Below, in pieces: positions 18,297 to 27,864 of a stretch of DNA of 64,000 nucleotides (positions are counted from its first letter, which is position 1; each line of letters begins with the position of its first letter). Where the stretch lies: NCBI GenBank assembly GCA_944350495.1, contig CALVOZ010000006.1, forward strand, positions 12,648 to 76,647, read 5' to 3'. The notes beneath the pieces are model-generated. The model was given only the letters and a program-made list of their open reading frames with translations, was not told the origin of the DNA and made no database searches. The stretch is from an uncultured Bacilli bacterium (GTDB taxonomy: Bacteria > Bacillota_I > Bacilli_A > RF39 > UBA660). The position numbers and the translations under genes are program-made.

Positions 18297-18333
18297 AAAA
18301 AAAGGAACTATATTTTAAATAGTTCCTTTTAAA
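18297..18333 (-). terminator. intrinsic terminator
   Basis: aaaggaactatattttaaatagttcctttt: 11-bp stem; overlaps the stop of the 18315 gene. Confidence 0.5.
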
Positions 18334-18809
18334 TCATTAAGATGATTTAATAAATCAAACTTATTTTGATCGTAATTATTAATTATCATACTAACGACTA
18401 ATACAAGGGATAACTTATACCAGATTTCTATCGCATCTTTAACAATAAAATTAACAACTTCACCATTTTTTAAATAAATATTAACCTTAATATCATCAGT
18501 CGTATTTATACTTAATTTATGAATTTTATAATCATATTTAATTTCCTTTATTGAATCTATTGAAATTGATACTGTATTATATTTTATAATACCATTTTTA
18601 ATTGTTATACCATTTTTAGGTTGAACAGCAAAAATAAAGTCATCATCGTTATAGCAAAAATAAGTATATTTTTGTTTTAGGTATTGCTCATATTTTTTTA
18701 AAGATGCTTCTATACATTTATTTTTATACTTTCTTTCCCAATATCTATATGTTAGATAATGGGCTGTAATTGCAAAAACTACCGCAACCAAAAATATAAT
18801 ATAATTCAT
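18315..18809 (-). CDS. hypothetical membrane-anchored protein (N- and C-terminal TM segments)
   Basis: ORF translation; hydrophobic termini; no motif. Confidence 0.45.
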   Translation of the reverse strand: MNYIIFLVAVVFAITAHYLTYRYWERKYKNKCIEASLKKYEQYLKQKYTYFCYNDDDFIFAVQPKNGITIKNGIIKYNTVSISIDSIKEIKYDYKIHKLSINTTDDIKVNIYLKNGEVVNFIVKDAIEIWYKLSLVLVVSMIINNYDQNKFDLLNHLNDLKGTI

Positions 18810-18837
18810 TTTACCACCTACATGTTATAAGTTATAA

Positions 18838-19728
18838 TTAATCTTTTGTGCTTTGCCACAATAGCATATTATTTTCAACACATACATTTAATTTACCATT
18901 GTCTTTTAGCCAATTAAGATAAGACCTAACTGTACTTCCAACAAGAACATATTGTTCCATATTCATAGTTAAAGCATAAACTTCAAATAACTGCTGCAAT
19001 ATCGATTCGAAATATTGAGGATTAATACAAATTTCTAAAATCTTATTCGCAATCTCATTAACTTTATCAATATTATACTGAGCTAAATCAAATATATTTG
19101 TTGTTGGTTCAGCATGTGAAGGTATAAATATCTTTGCATTTAAATTCTTAACTTTTTCTAATGTTTCAAGATAAGATCTAACATCATATATAAATCCAAT
19201 CCCATATTTATCTAGTGTTTCTTTACTCATTAAACAGTCAGCTAGATAAACTACATCATCAGTTGTACGAAATCCTACCATATTAAAAGAATGGCCAGGT
19301 AATTCTATGATTTCTAAACCATCAGGTAGAAATTCATTAGTCAACTCAATAGTTTCACTTGACTGAGCCATTAAAAATTTATGTTTAAGCTCTTTACATG
19401 GATACCCACCATACATCATAGCTGGTTCTAAAATTGGATGATTCGTAAAATCACATTCAAGCCCTCGAGCATATATTTTACAACCAGTACGTTCTTGTAA
19501 ATATCTATTGCCCCCAATATGATCAGCATGAGAATGAGTGTTATATATTGCTTTTAATTTCCATTTATTATCATCTAAAATTTGTTTAATTTTACGTCCG
19601 GTTTCTTTATCACTGCCACTATCAATTAAGCAAACTTCCTCATCATTAAGTTTTATAAGACCTATTTTAGAAGGACATTGAATATAAAAACTATTTTCAG
19701 CGACTTTATTTAAATCATACATAAGCAT
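18838..19728 (-). CDS. MBL-fold metallo-hydrolase
   Basis: HSHADHIGG metal-binding motif. Start at MLMYDL with RBS GGGAGGG. Confidence 0.7.
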   Translation of the reverse strand: MLMYDLNKVAENSFYIQCPSKIGLIKLNDEEVCLIDSGSDKETGRKIKQILDDNKWKLKAIYNTHSHADHIGGNRYLQERTGCKIYARGLECDFTNHPILEPAMMYGGYPCKELKHKFLMAQSSETIELTNEFLPDGLEIIELPGHSFNMVGFRTTDDVVYLADCLMSKETLDKYGIGFIYDVRSYLETLEKVKNLNAKIFIPSHAEPTTNIFDLAQYNIDKVNEIANKILEICINPQYFESILQQLFEVYALTMNMEQYVLVGSTVRSYLNWLKDNGKLNVCVENNMLLWQSTKD

Positions 19729-19878
19729 AATCCCTCCCTTACAAATCATTAATTTTCCAGTAGTTAAACTATATAACTTATATCTATTAATTTAAAAAGA
19801 TTCTCACTAATACATTTTAGAAAATTATAATTTGTATTATATATTTTTTTACTTTAACAATAATCTTGCATAATATAT

Positions 19879-20445
19879 TTAATAATACATACATTTTTTA
19901 TCTTCAAAAGAACATTTTACTCTATGACCTTCGGGAATGGAATCATTATTTTTTACATAAGAAAATAAATATATATATTGGTCATCAACGTTATTTACAA
20001 ATAAGTGTAATTGACTAATATTCGGAACCTCTTTATAGTTTAACTCAATATATGATTTTTTCACTTTCGTATTATTGAGTTCATATTTAATTATATTTGC
20101 TTTTCTACCTATACAATGAATATAAAAACTACCATCTTTAAAATAAGCTGTTTCTTCACTTATATCACAATTAATTATTCTTTCTAGAATATAATATTTA
20201 GAATCTTTTTCTAACAGTATTACATTATCAGGATAAGTTGGATTATCTCCCTTAAAACCTACTAATAAATATTTGTTATTCTTGTAAATAACTTCCTTAT
20301 ATGTTAATCTTTCATTCTCTGGAATCATTTTAAATTGTTCTAAATATGTTAAATTATTATTAAATAAATATATTACTTTATCTATTATAATAAATAATGA
20401 TATAACAAGTATTATTAAAATTGTAAAAAAACATCTTTTCTTCAT
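19879..20445 (-). CDS. hypothetical secreted/membrane-anchored protein
   Basis: N-terminal signal-anchor MKKRCFFTILIILVISLFIII; no motif. Confidence 0.45.
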   Translation of the reverse strand: MKKRCFFTILIILVISLFIIIDKVIYLFNNNLTYLEQFKMIPENERLTYKEVIYKNNKYLLVGFKGDNPTYPDNVILLEKDSKYYILERIINCDISEETAYFKDGSFYIHCIGRKANIIKYELNNTKVKKSYIELNYKEVPNISQLHLFVNNVDDQYIYLFSYVKNNDSIPEGHRVKCSFEDKKCMYY

Positions 20446-20511
20446 CAGGACAACTCCCATACAAATTACTATTTAGTTATTAACTACATTATATCATAAC
20501 TAATCTTAATT

Positions 20512-21131
20512 TTACCTATTAAAGTCATTATTGCATTCAATGTCTCCATAACTGTCGTATATATCTTTAGATAAATTAAATCTATATATACTATTTTCAA
20601 TAGTGTTCTTAAAATATCTAAACTTATTTTTAATATCATTATCATCTCTGTCTTTAAATTTATTTGATATAACTCTTGGAACAATATAATGCATAATTTT
20701 TATAAGATCTCTATAGGAATTATCTTCTAATAATTTTTCAAATAAATCATAATAATAATATATTTGATTATCATATTCATCAATATAATTTTTATATAGC
20801 AATTCTAATGTAAGTCTATTATGTTCTTCTTCAATAAAAAAGACGTTTTTGTTTTATCGTCTATATCAATTATTTCTTTAGTATTAGCATCATATTTTTT
20901 TATAGCATTGTAATTTACTTTTAATATATCTGCTATGATCTTGGTTCTTTCTTCTTTGTGATTTCTTTCTCCTAATCCATATCTAGTCATTGTTCTTCGT
21001 TTGTTTTCGCCAGTTATTCCTAATTTGTCTGATAATTCATCTTGAGTCATTATTTTTATTTGCCTTGTAAATGATATTCTTTGACTTTGAGATAAATAAT
21101 CTAATTCTGGTTTTAAATATGTTAATCGCAT
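20512..21131 (-). CDS. XRE-family HTH regulator with a C-terminal domain of unknown function, split by an apparent 1-nt homopolymer frameshift
   Basis: N-terminal part (to 20805) has a Cro/C1-like HTH (MTQDELSDKLGIT...YGLGERNHKEER). Reading through the plus-strand A6 tract at 20836-20841 as if one A longer joins it in frame to the 20512..20802 ORF. Confidence 0.5.
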
Positions 21132-21173
21132 TTTTTTAATCTACTTCCGATTTATCGCACTTTCCTTATTTTT

Positions 21174-21219
21174 TAGACAAAAAAAGGATTAAGTACGTTT
21201 TTAAACATCCTTAATCCTT
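21174..21219 (-). terminator. intrinsic terminator downstream of ppdK
   Basis: aaggattaag...cttaatcctt: 10-bp stem, followed on the minus strand by a T-run. Confidence 0.5.
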
Positions 21220-21309
21220 AATTTTTATTAATAATTCAAGTATTATCTACTTAAAGATCATTTTATAGTTTTATATTTTTTCCTCTATTTTCAAGGTTTT
21301 TAAGCCTAA

Positions 21310-23946
21310 TTACTTATCCCCATTTTCCTTGATAGCAGCTTGTGCCGCAGCTAAACGTGCAATTGGTACTCTAAATGGACTACAAGAAACATAAGTTAAT
21401 CCTAGTTTGTGGCAGAATTCAACACTTGATGGTTCTCCTCCATGTTCTCCACAAATACCTAATTTAATATTTGGTCTAGTTGCACGTCCTTTTTCAACTG
21501 CCATTTGAACTAATTGACCAACACCAGTTTGATCTAATTTAGCAAATGGATCAGATTCATAAATCTTATTTTGATAATATGCATCTAAGAATTTACCTGC
21601 ATCATCTCTTGAAAATCCAAATGTCATTTGTGTTAAGTCATTTGTTCCAAATGAGAAGAATTCAGCTTCTTCAGCAATCTTATCAGCAGTTAAGGCAGCT
21701 CTTGGAATTTCAATCATTGTACCAATATGGTATCCAATATCAGAATTTTTTTCAGCTTTAACTGTTTCTGCAGTTTCAACTACAACATTTTTAACAAATT
21801 GTAATTCTTTAACATCGCCAACTAATGGAATCATAATTTCAGGAACTATAGATATTTTTTCTTCTTCACTGACTTCAATAGCAGCTTCCATTAAAGCTCT
21901 TGTTTGCATTCTTGCAATTTCTGGATAAGTAACAGCTAAACGGCATCCTCTATGTCCCATCATAGGGTTAAATTCGTGTAACTCATTACATTTATTTTTC
22001 AAATGTTCAACAGTTACTCCCATTTCTTCAGCTAAAGCTTTAATATCTTCTTCAGCTGTTGGTAAGAATTCATGTAGAGGTGGGTCTAAATAACGAACTG
22101 TCATTGGTAGTCCATTTAATGCTTTATACATTGCTTTAAAGTCAGCTTTTTGGAATGGAATTAATTCATTTAATGCTGCTTCACGTGCTTCGACAGTTTC
22201 AGATAAAATCATCTTTCTGATTTTTGGAATTCTTTCTTCGTCAAAGAACATATGCTCTGTGCGGCATAATCCAATACCTTCAGCACCTAATTCTAGAGCT
22301 TTCTTTGTATCACGTGGATTATCAGCATTAGTACGTACTTTTAATACTCTAGCTTCATCAGCCCATGCCATAATACGGCCAAAGTTACCACTTACACTTG
22401 CTTCTTGAGTTTTAATATCTCCATTATAGATTTTACCAGTTGTACCATCTAATGAGATATAATCTCCTTTATGGAATGTATGTCCACCTAAAGTAAATTC
22501 TTCAGCTTCTTCGTTAATAACAATTTCGCCACATCCTGATACACAGCAAGTACCCATACCACGAGCTACTACAGCAGCGTGAGATGTCATACCACCACGT
22601 ACAGTTAAAATACCTTGAGCGGCAACCATACCTTCAATATCTTCTGGTGTAGTTTCTAGACGAACTAAGATAACTCTATCCCCTTTACCACCTTTTCCCA
22701 AAGCTTTAGCTTCTTCAGCAGTAAATACTACATAACCAGCAGCAGCACCTGGAGAGGCTGGAAGAGCTGAACCAACAACTTCACCATCTTTTAATGCAGT
22801 AGCATCAAATGTTGGATGTAATAATTGATCTAAAGATTTAGCATCAATTCTTAAAATAGCTTCATCTTTTGTAATCATTCCTTCATCAACTAAATCGCAA
22901 GCAATTTGGATTGCAGCATGTGCTGTTCTTTTACCATTTCTAGTTTGTAAGAAATATAATTTACCTTCTTGAATTGTAAATTCCATATCTTGCATATCAC
23001 GATAATGGTTTTCTAATTTAGTAGCAATAGCCATAAACTCTTCATAAACTTCTGGCATATCCTCAGCTAATTTAGTTATAGGTTGTGGAGTTCTAACACC
23101 GGCAACAACATCTTCACCTTGTGCATTAATTAAGTATTCACCATAAATGCCTTTTTCTCCAGTAGATGGATTTCTTGTAAATGCAACACCAGTACCAGAT
23201 GTTTCTCCCATATTACCAAATACCATTGCTTGAACGTTTACAGCAGTACCCCAGTCACCTGGAATATCATTCATACGACGATAAACGATAGCACGTGGAT
23301 TATCCCAAGATCTAAATACAGCTTTAACAGCTCCCATTAATTGTTCTTTTGGATCTTGTGGGAATTCAGCACCGTTCATGTGTTCACTATAAACAGCTTT
23401 AAATCTCTTAACTAATTCTTTTAAATCTTCAACAGTCATTTCTGTATCGTATTTAATACCTTTTGCTTCTTTTACTTCATCAATAATTTTTTCAAAGAAA
23501 GACTTATTTACTTCCATAACTACGTCTGAATACATTTGAATAAAACGACGATAAGAATCGTAAGCAAAACGTGGGTTACCAGTTTTTGCTGCAAATCCTT
23601 CAACAGCTTCATCGTTTAAACCTAGGTTTAAAATTGTATCCATCATACCAGGCATTGAAGCACGAGCACCACTTCTAACTGATACTAATAGCGGATCATT
23701 ATTATCCCCAAAAGTTTTTCCTTGAATTTTTTCTAATTCATGAAGTGCTGTATAAATTTGTTCTTCAATTTCACTAGAAATAGTCTTATCATTCTTATAG
23801 TAATCAGTACAAGCTTCTGTTGTAACAGTAAAACCTTGTGGGATTGGTAATCCTAAATTAGTCATTTCTGCCAAGTTAGCACCTTTACCACCTAGAAGGT
23901 TTCTCATATCTGCATTACCCTCTTTAAATAAGTATACAAATTTCAT
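21310..23946 (-). CDS. ppdK: pyruvate, phosphate dikinase
   Basis: N-terminal GGKGANLAEM ATP-grasp region, central GGMTSHAAVVARGMG phospho-His domain, C-terminal PEP-utilising domain. Start set at MKFVYLF. Confidence 0.9.
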   Translation of the reverse strand: MKFVYLFKEGNADMRNLLGGKGANLAEMTNLGLPIPQGFTVTTEACTDYYKNDKTISSEIEEQIYTALHELEKIQGKTFGDNNDPLLVSVRSGARASMPGMMDTILNLGLNDEAVEGFAAKTGNPRFAYDSYRRFIQMYSDVVMEVNKSFFEKIIDEVKEAKGIKYDTEMTVEDLKELVKRFKAVYSEHMNGAEFPQDPKEQLMGAVKAVFRSWDNPRAIVYRRMNDIPGDWGTAVNVQAMVFGNMGETSGTGVAFTRNPSTGEKGIYGEYLINAQGEDVVAGVRTPQPITKLAEDMPEVYEEFMAIATKLENHYRDMQDMEFTIQEGKLYFLQTRNGKRTAHAAIQIACDLVDEGMITKDEAILRIDAKSLDQLLHPTFDATALKDGEVVGSALPASPGAAAGYVVFTAEEAKALGKGGKGDRVILVRLETTPEDIEGMVAAQGILTVRGGMTSHAAVVARGMGTCCVSGCGEIVINEEAEEFTLGGHTFHKGDYISLDGTTGKIYNGDIKTQEASVSGNFGRIMAWADEARVLKVRTNADNPRDTKKALELGAEGIGLCRTEHMFFDEERIPKIRKMILSETVEAREAALNELIPFQKADFKAMYKALNGLPMTVRYLDPPLHEFLPTAEEDIKALAEEMGVTVEHLKNKCNELHEFNPMMGHRGCRLAVTYPEIARMQTRALMEAAIEVSEEEKISIVPEIMIPLVGDVKELQFVKNVVVETAETVKAEKNSDIGYHIGTMIEIPRAALTADKIAEEAEFFSFGTNDLTQMTFGFSRDDAGKFLDAYYQNKIYESDPFAKLDQTGVGQLVQMAVEKGRATRPNIKLGICGEHGGEPSSVEFCHKLGLTYVSCSPFRVPIARLAAAQAAIKENGDK

Positions 23947-24042
23947 TCTATAATTCCTCCTTAATATGTACAAAATAATTATAACAGTTATAGTTTTTTG
24001 TCGCAACAAAAAAGAAGAAAAAATCTATTTTTTTCTTCTTTT

Positions 24043-24624
24043 TTACAATTCATGTATGCCCAACACTTCATTTATATAACATTTACCACATAAAGATTCG
24101 TATGTAACCGAATTTTCACCATCAATAGCTACTTCTCCACCTTCGGTAACAAAGACACCATTAATCTTTCTTCCTTGAAATTTTGCTTTAGCACCACACT
24201 TACAAATAGTAACTAATTCCTCTAATTCATCAGCTAATTCCATTAGTGGCGCGCTGCCACGGAAAAATTTAGTTTGAAAGGTTGTTCGAAGTCCATAACA
24301 AATAACAGGAACATCATATAATTTTGTAATAAGCCAAAAATCATGAACTTGATCTGGTGTTAAAAATTGAGCTTCATCAATTAAAATACAAGTTACACCT
24401 TTTAAATCAACTACTTCTCTAACATTATCTTTTGGTCGTAACCAAACATCGACTTTTCTTTTTATACCTAATCTAGAAACGATACACTTCCCACCTTTAG
24501 TATCAATTGAAGGTTTAACAATTAAAGCTTTCATTCCTTTTTCACGATAATTGTGTTCAACTTGTAATAAAGCAGTAGTTTTTCCACAATTCATTGCTCC
24601 ATATCTAAAAATCAATTTTGCCAT
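24043..24624 (-). CDS. tdk: thymidine kinase
   Basis: GAMNCGKTT P-loop and C-terminal CxxC...CxxC zinc ribbon. Confidence 0.9.
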   Translation of the reverse strand: MAKLIFRYGAMNCGKTTALLQVEHNYREKGMKALIVKPSIDTKGGKCIVSRLGIKRKVDVWLRPKDNVREVVDLKGVTCILIDEAQFLTPDQVHDFWLITKLYDVPVICYGLRTTFQTKFFRGSAPLMELADELEELVTICKCGAKAKFQGRKINGVFVTEGGEVAIDGENSVTYESLCGKCYINEVLGIHEL

Positions 24625-24663
24625 CTAATATCCCCCCATTTTGAAAATATATTTTAATTTCAT

Positions 24664-25548
24664 CTAGGCTCTTGGATGAGTATGTAAATAAACATTTCTA
24701 AGTCTCTCATTAGAAACATGTGTATATATAGTTGTTGTACTTAATGATTCATGTCCTAATAATTGTTGAACACTTCTTAAATCAGCACCTTCATTTAACA
24801 TATGCGTTGCAAAAGTATGTCTTAAAACATGGGGAGAAATATTCAATTTAACCCCAGCTTTAGTTACTGCTTCATCAATTATTTTTCGAACTTCTCGATC
24901 ATTAATTTTATTACCTCGTACTCCCAATAATAAATAAGGACTATTATGAATATTATATTTTCTATAATAACTATCTAAATAATCATTTAATAAGTGAAAA
25001 CATCTACTTCCAAATAAAACAATTCGTTCCTTATTACCTTTACCTAATATTCGAATCTCATTCTGACTAAATTCTATATCTGTTAATTTAATATTAATAA
25101 GTTCTCCAACTCTTATACCAGTTGAATATAAAAGTTCTAAAATTAAACTATTTCTAATATCTATTGAACCATTTCCATCAAAAATATTTAGTATTTGTTC
25201 TAGTTCTTTATAGGGAACAAATTTAGGTAGTTTTTTTTCTGTTTTAGGATTTGAAACTAATGTCATAGGATTATTAGTAATAACGTTAATTTTTAATAAG
25301 TATTTAAATAAACTCCGAAGCGAACTAATATGTCTTGAAATTGTCTTATTAGAATATTTTTTTTCATAAAGATAATTTAAATATTTTCTAATTACTTGAT
25401 AATCAATATTCTTAATATCGCTATATTTATTCATTTCCAGAAAAGCAGTAAAATCTTTTAAATCTTCTTCATAATTTAGAACTGTATATTTAGAATAATT
25501 CTTTTCATATCTTAGTAATTCTAAAAATCTATTCACATAATCTCGCAT
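24664..25548 (-). CDS. tyrosine site-specific recombinase, XerC/XerD-like
   Basis: C-terminal catalytic region ...LRHTFATHMLNEGADLRSVQQLLGHESLSTTTIYTHV with the R..HxxR..Y pattern. Confidence 0.8.
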   Translation of the reverse strand: MRDYVNRFLELLRYEKNYSKYTVLNYEEDLKDFTAFLEMNKYSDIKNIDYQVIRKYLNYLYEKKYSNKTISRHISSLRSLFKYLLKINVITNNPMTLVSNPKTEKKLPKFVPYKELEQILNIFDGNGSIDIRNSLILELLYSTGIRVGELINIKLTDIEFSQNEIRILGKGNKERIVLFGSRCFHLLNDYLDSYYRKYNIHNSPYLLLGVRGNKINDREVRKIIDEAVTKAGVKLNISPHVLRHTFATHMLNEGADLRSVQQLLGHESLSTTTIYTHVSNERLRNVYLHTHPRA

Positions 25549-26735
25549 TATTTTTGCTTCCTATACTCCTTATTGTATTGTTCAATAAAGAAGGCAACTA
25601 AGTCTTTTTTAGCACGTAAATGATTATCATTTTCATCATCTACTATCATTCTAATATTTGGATGTTTCTTCATGATAGAGTTTGCAACAACTCTATCATT
25701 AGTAATAACCACAATTTCAGATTCATTTTCAGTAGCTAATATTAATAAGTTTCTTAATTCTATCGTATATTCTTCAGCATATAATATTGTGAACTTTGAA
25801 GTATTAAAATCTTTTAATTCATCATGAGAAAACCTATCTACTGTTGAAACTAATGTTTCACCGTTGTAACAAATATCACATACTTCAGTGAAAGGTTTTA
25901 TTTCGTCAAGATCACCGGTTTTTGATAACTCACCAATTAGCATCAATTTATCATTTTTGAAAATAGTTGAATATCCTTGTTCAAAATAATCTGAACTAAA
26001 GAAATCATACAATGGCTCACCGTATGTTACCTCACTATCATACATTGCTTGATCTGGGTCTATCTCCTCGTCAAAAATTAAAGGTAATTGGATAGTTTCA
26101 GCAACTTTTTGTTCACTAGTAGTAATAGTTCCACATTTTGGAGTTTTATCTAGCTTAATATCTTGGAATGATTTTAAATATTCTTTCCAAATATCGTCTA
26201 GACTTGGCTTATTAAATTCTTTACGATAATCTTCATACCTATTCAATAATATGCGCATAAAATGATAATACCTTTTTCCACCCCCGATTTTACCATCTTC
26301 AGCGCGATCACGCTTTTTAATGCTTGCCAAGTATTGATTTATTCTTGTTAATTCAAGATGAAATTCAGTTATTCCTCTTAATATATATATATCAGATAAA
26401 ATTCGATTAGAACGTGGCTTATTAAGTTCAGCTCTTGCAAACCAGCGTAAAAAATTTTTATCTCTAATAATATGATTAAATACTACTTTATGTTTTTTAT
26501 AAAGCACTCTTAAACCATTTTCATTTTTAACTGATTCACCAAAAATTCTAACCGCGCCATTTTTAGCATCAGGATATTTTTTTTGAAATAAAGCAAATTC
26601 CTTTCTATATTTTTTTCTAATGGCATCAGAATCTAAATATTTACTAGTTAATCTATCAATTTCATGTAAATCTCCTTCTATTATTTTTACAATTTCAACT
26701 TGATTCCTACCATTTGTAAAGCACAAGAATTCCAT
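25548..26735 (-). CDS. hypothetical protein whose stop overlaps the recombinase start; possible C-terminal PIN/NYN-like domain
   Basis: Its stop overlaps the recombinase start by 1 nt. C-terminal segment ...EIVVITNDRVVANSIMKKHPNIRMIVDDEND resembles PIN/NYN strand-loop acidic patterns, weakly. Confidence 0.4.
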   Translation of the reverse strand: MEFLCFTNGRNQVEIVKIIEGDLHEIDRLTSKYLDSDAIRKKYRKEFALFQKKYPDAKNGAVRIFGESVKNENGLRVLYKKHKVVFNHIIRDKNFLRWFARAELNKPRSNRILSDIYILRGITEFHLELTRINQYLASIKKRDRAEDGKIGGGKRYYHFMRILLNRYEDYRKEFNKPSLDDIWKEYLKSFQDIKLDKTPKCGTITTSEQKVAETIQLPLIFDEEIDPDQAMYDSEVTYGEPLYDFFSSDYFEQGYSTIFKNDKLMLIGELSKTGDLDEIKPFTEVCDICYNGETLVSTVDRFSHDELKDFNTSKFTILYAEEYTIELRNLLILATENESEIVVITNDRVVANSIMKKHPNIRMIVDDENDNHLRAKKDLVAFFIEQYNKEYRKQK

Positions 26736-26793
26736 ATTATCACCTAAGTTAATTATACATTCAATGGCAATAAAAAATCAAGCATACGCTTGA

Positions 26794-27858
26794 TTAATTA
26801 TTTTCACTAAAATGATCTACACCTTTAGTAAAATCGTCTACTAATTGATTAAATTTAACAAGATTATCAGCTAAGTCCTTCTTTTCTTGCTCACATTGAG
26901 CACGTTCTTTCGCAATTGCAGCTTTTTCTTGATCTAATTGTTCTTTTCTTCTAATTAAGCCATTTTCAACTTGTTCGATTTGTTTTTCTCGTTCTTTAAA
27001 CGCTTCAAGGAGTTCTTCCTCCTTCTTCTTAGCCTCATCCTTAATCTTTTGCTTTTCTACTTCAAATTGCTTCTTTTGGTTAGCTAAATTAGCTTGTTCA
27101 AATTTTAATTTTCGATTTTCTTCGTCAATTTCGTCTTTTCTAATTTTTAACTTATTGTAAACTTCATCCTTATAAGCATTGATTTCGTCATAGTCAGCTT
27201 TTTTCTTCTTTTCAAAATCATCATACAGTTTTTTTAGTTCTTTGAATTTTTCTTCCATTCTTTTCTTAACATCAGACGCACCACGCACATTATCTGATGC
27301 TTTAGCAAATAATTGCGATAAATTATTATCTATATTAGATGATTTATCTTCAACTTGCCCTTCAACTTTAGGTATTTGTTCAGAAACTGCTGGTTGAACA
27401 ACAGGAGCAGGCACAACAACCGGTTCCATTTTTTCTACCTTTACCTCATCTTTCTTACTTTCAAGTTTTCCATTTAAATAAGCATCAATATTAGTAGATA
27501 ATTGATCCATTTTATTTTGATAGCCGCTTGATTTATTTTCCATTACTGGAGTTGGTTCTGACTTAGGTGGTTGAACTGGTACTGCAGGTACAGGTGCTAT
27601 AGTTGGTACTACAGGTGTAACCGGAGTTGGCTCAACTACTGGTTTTGGTTTTACAACTGGAGTTTGAGGAACTGGCTCTTTTTTATCATATCCTAAATAA
27701 AATGAATTTAAATCCTCATCTTCAGTTGGTTGAATAGAAGATGGCATTTCTTCATCATCTAACAGAGTTAATGCGTCATCATCCTCATATTCAATTCCAG
27801 TTATTTCATTTATTATATCTTCGTTTGTTGTGTTTGTTATTGAATTCATTAAATACAC
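26794..27858 (-). CDS. hypothetical proline/valine-rich plus coiled-coil protein
   Basis: Acidic N-terminus, PVxP repeats (PVVKPKPVVEPTPVTPVVPTIAPVPAVPVQPP), then ~150 aa of K/E heptad-rich sequence. Confidence 0.45.
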   Translation of the reverse strand: MYLMNSITNTTNEDIINEITGIEYEDDDALTLLDDEEMPSSIQPTEDEDLNSFYLGYDKKEPVPQTPVVKPKPVVEPTPVTPVVPTIAPVPAVPVQPPKSEPTPVMENKSSGYQNKMDQLSTNIDAYLNGKLESKKDEVKVEKMEPVVVPAPVVQPAVSEQIPKVEGQVEDKSSNIDNNLSQLFAKASDNVRGASDVKKRMEEKFKELKKLYDDFEKKKKADYDEINAYKDEVYNKLKIRKDEIDEENRKLKFEQANLANQKKQFEVEKQKIKDEAKKKEEELLEAFKEREKQIEQVENGLIRRKEQLDQEKAAIAKERAQCEQEKKDLADNLVKFNQLVDDFTKGVDHFSENN

Positions 27859-27864
27859 CTCTTA

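Noticed and set aside
20484-20684. 66-aa minus-strand ORF overlapping the 3' half of the HTH-regulator gene in another frame
   Set aside because: Overlaps the better-supported frame that continues from the HTH domain once the homopolymer frameshift is accounted for. It has no RBS and is hydrophobic low-complexity.
24664-25548. Tyrosine recombinase as a marker of a prophage or integrative element
   Set aside because: The catalytic region is of the XerC/XerD chromosome-dimer-resolution type. No tRNA, att-like direct repeats, or phage/plasmid structural genes flank it, so it is not called as a mobile element. The translationally coupled unknown gene is reported as a finding instead.
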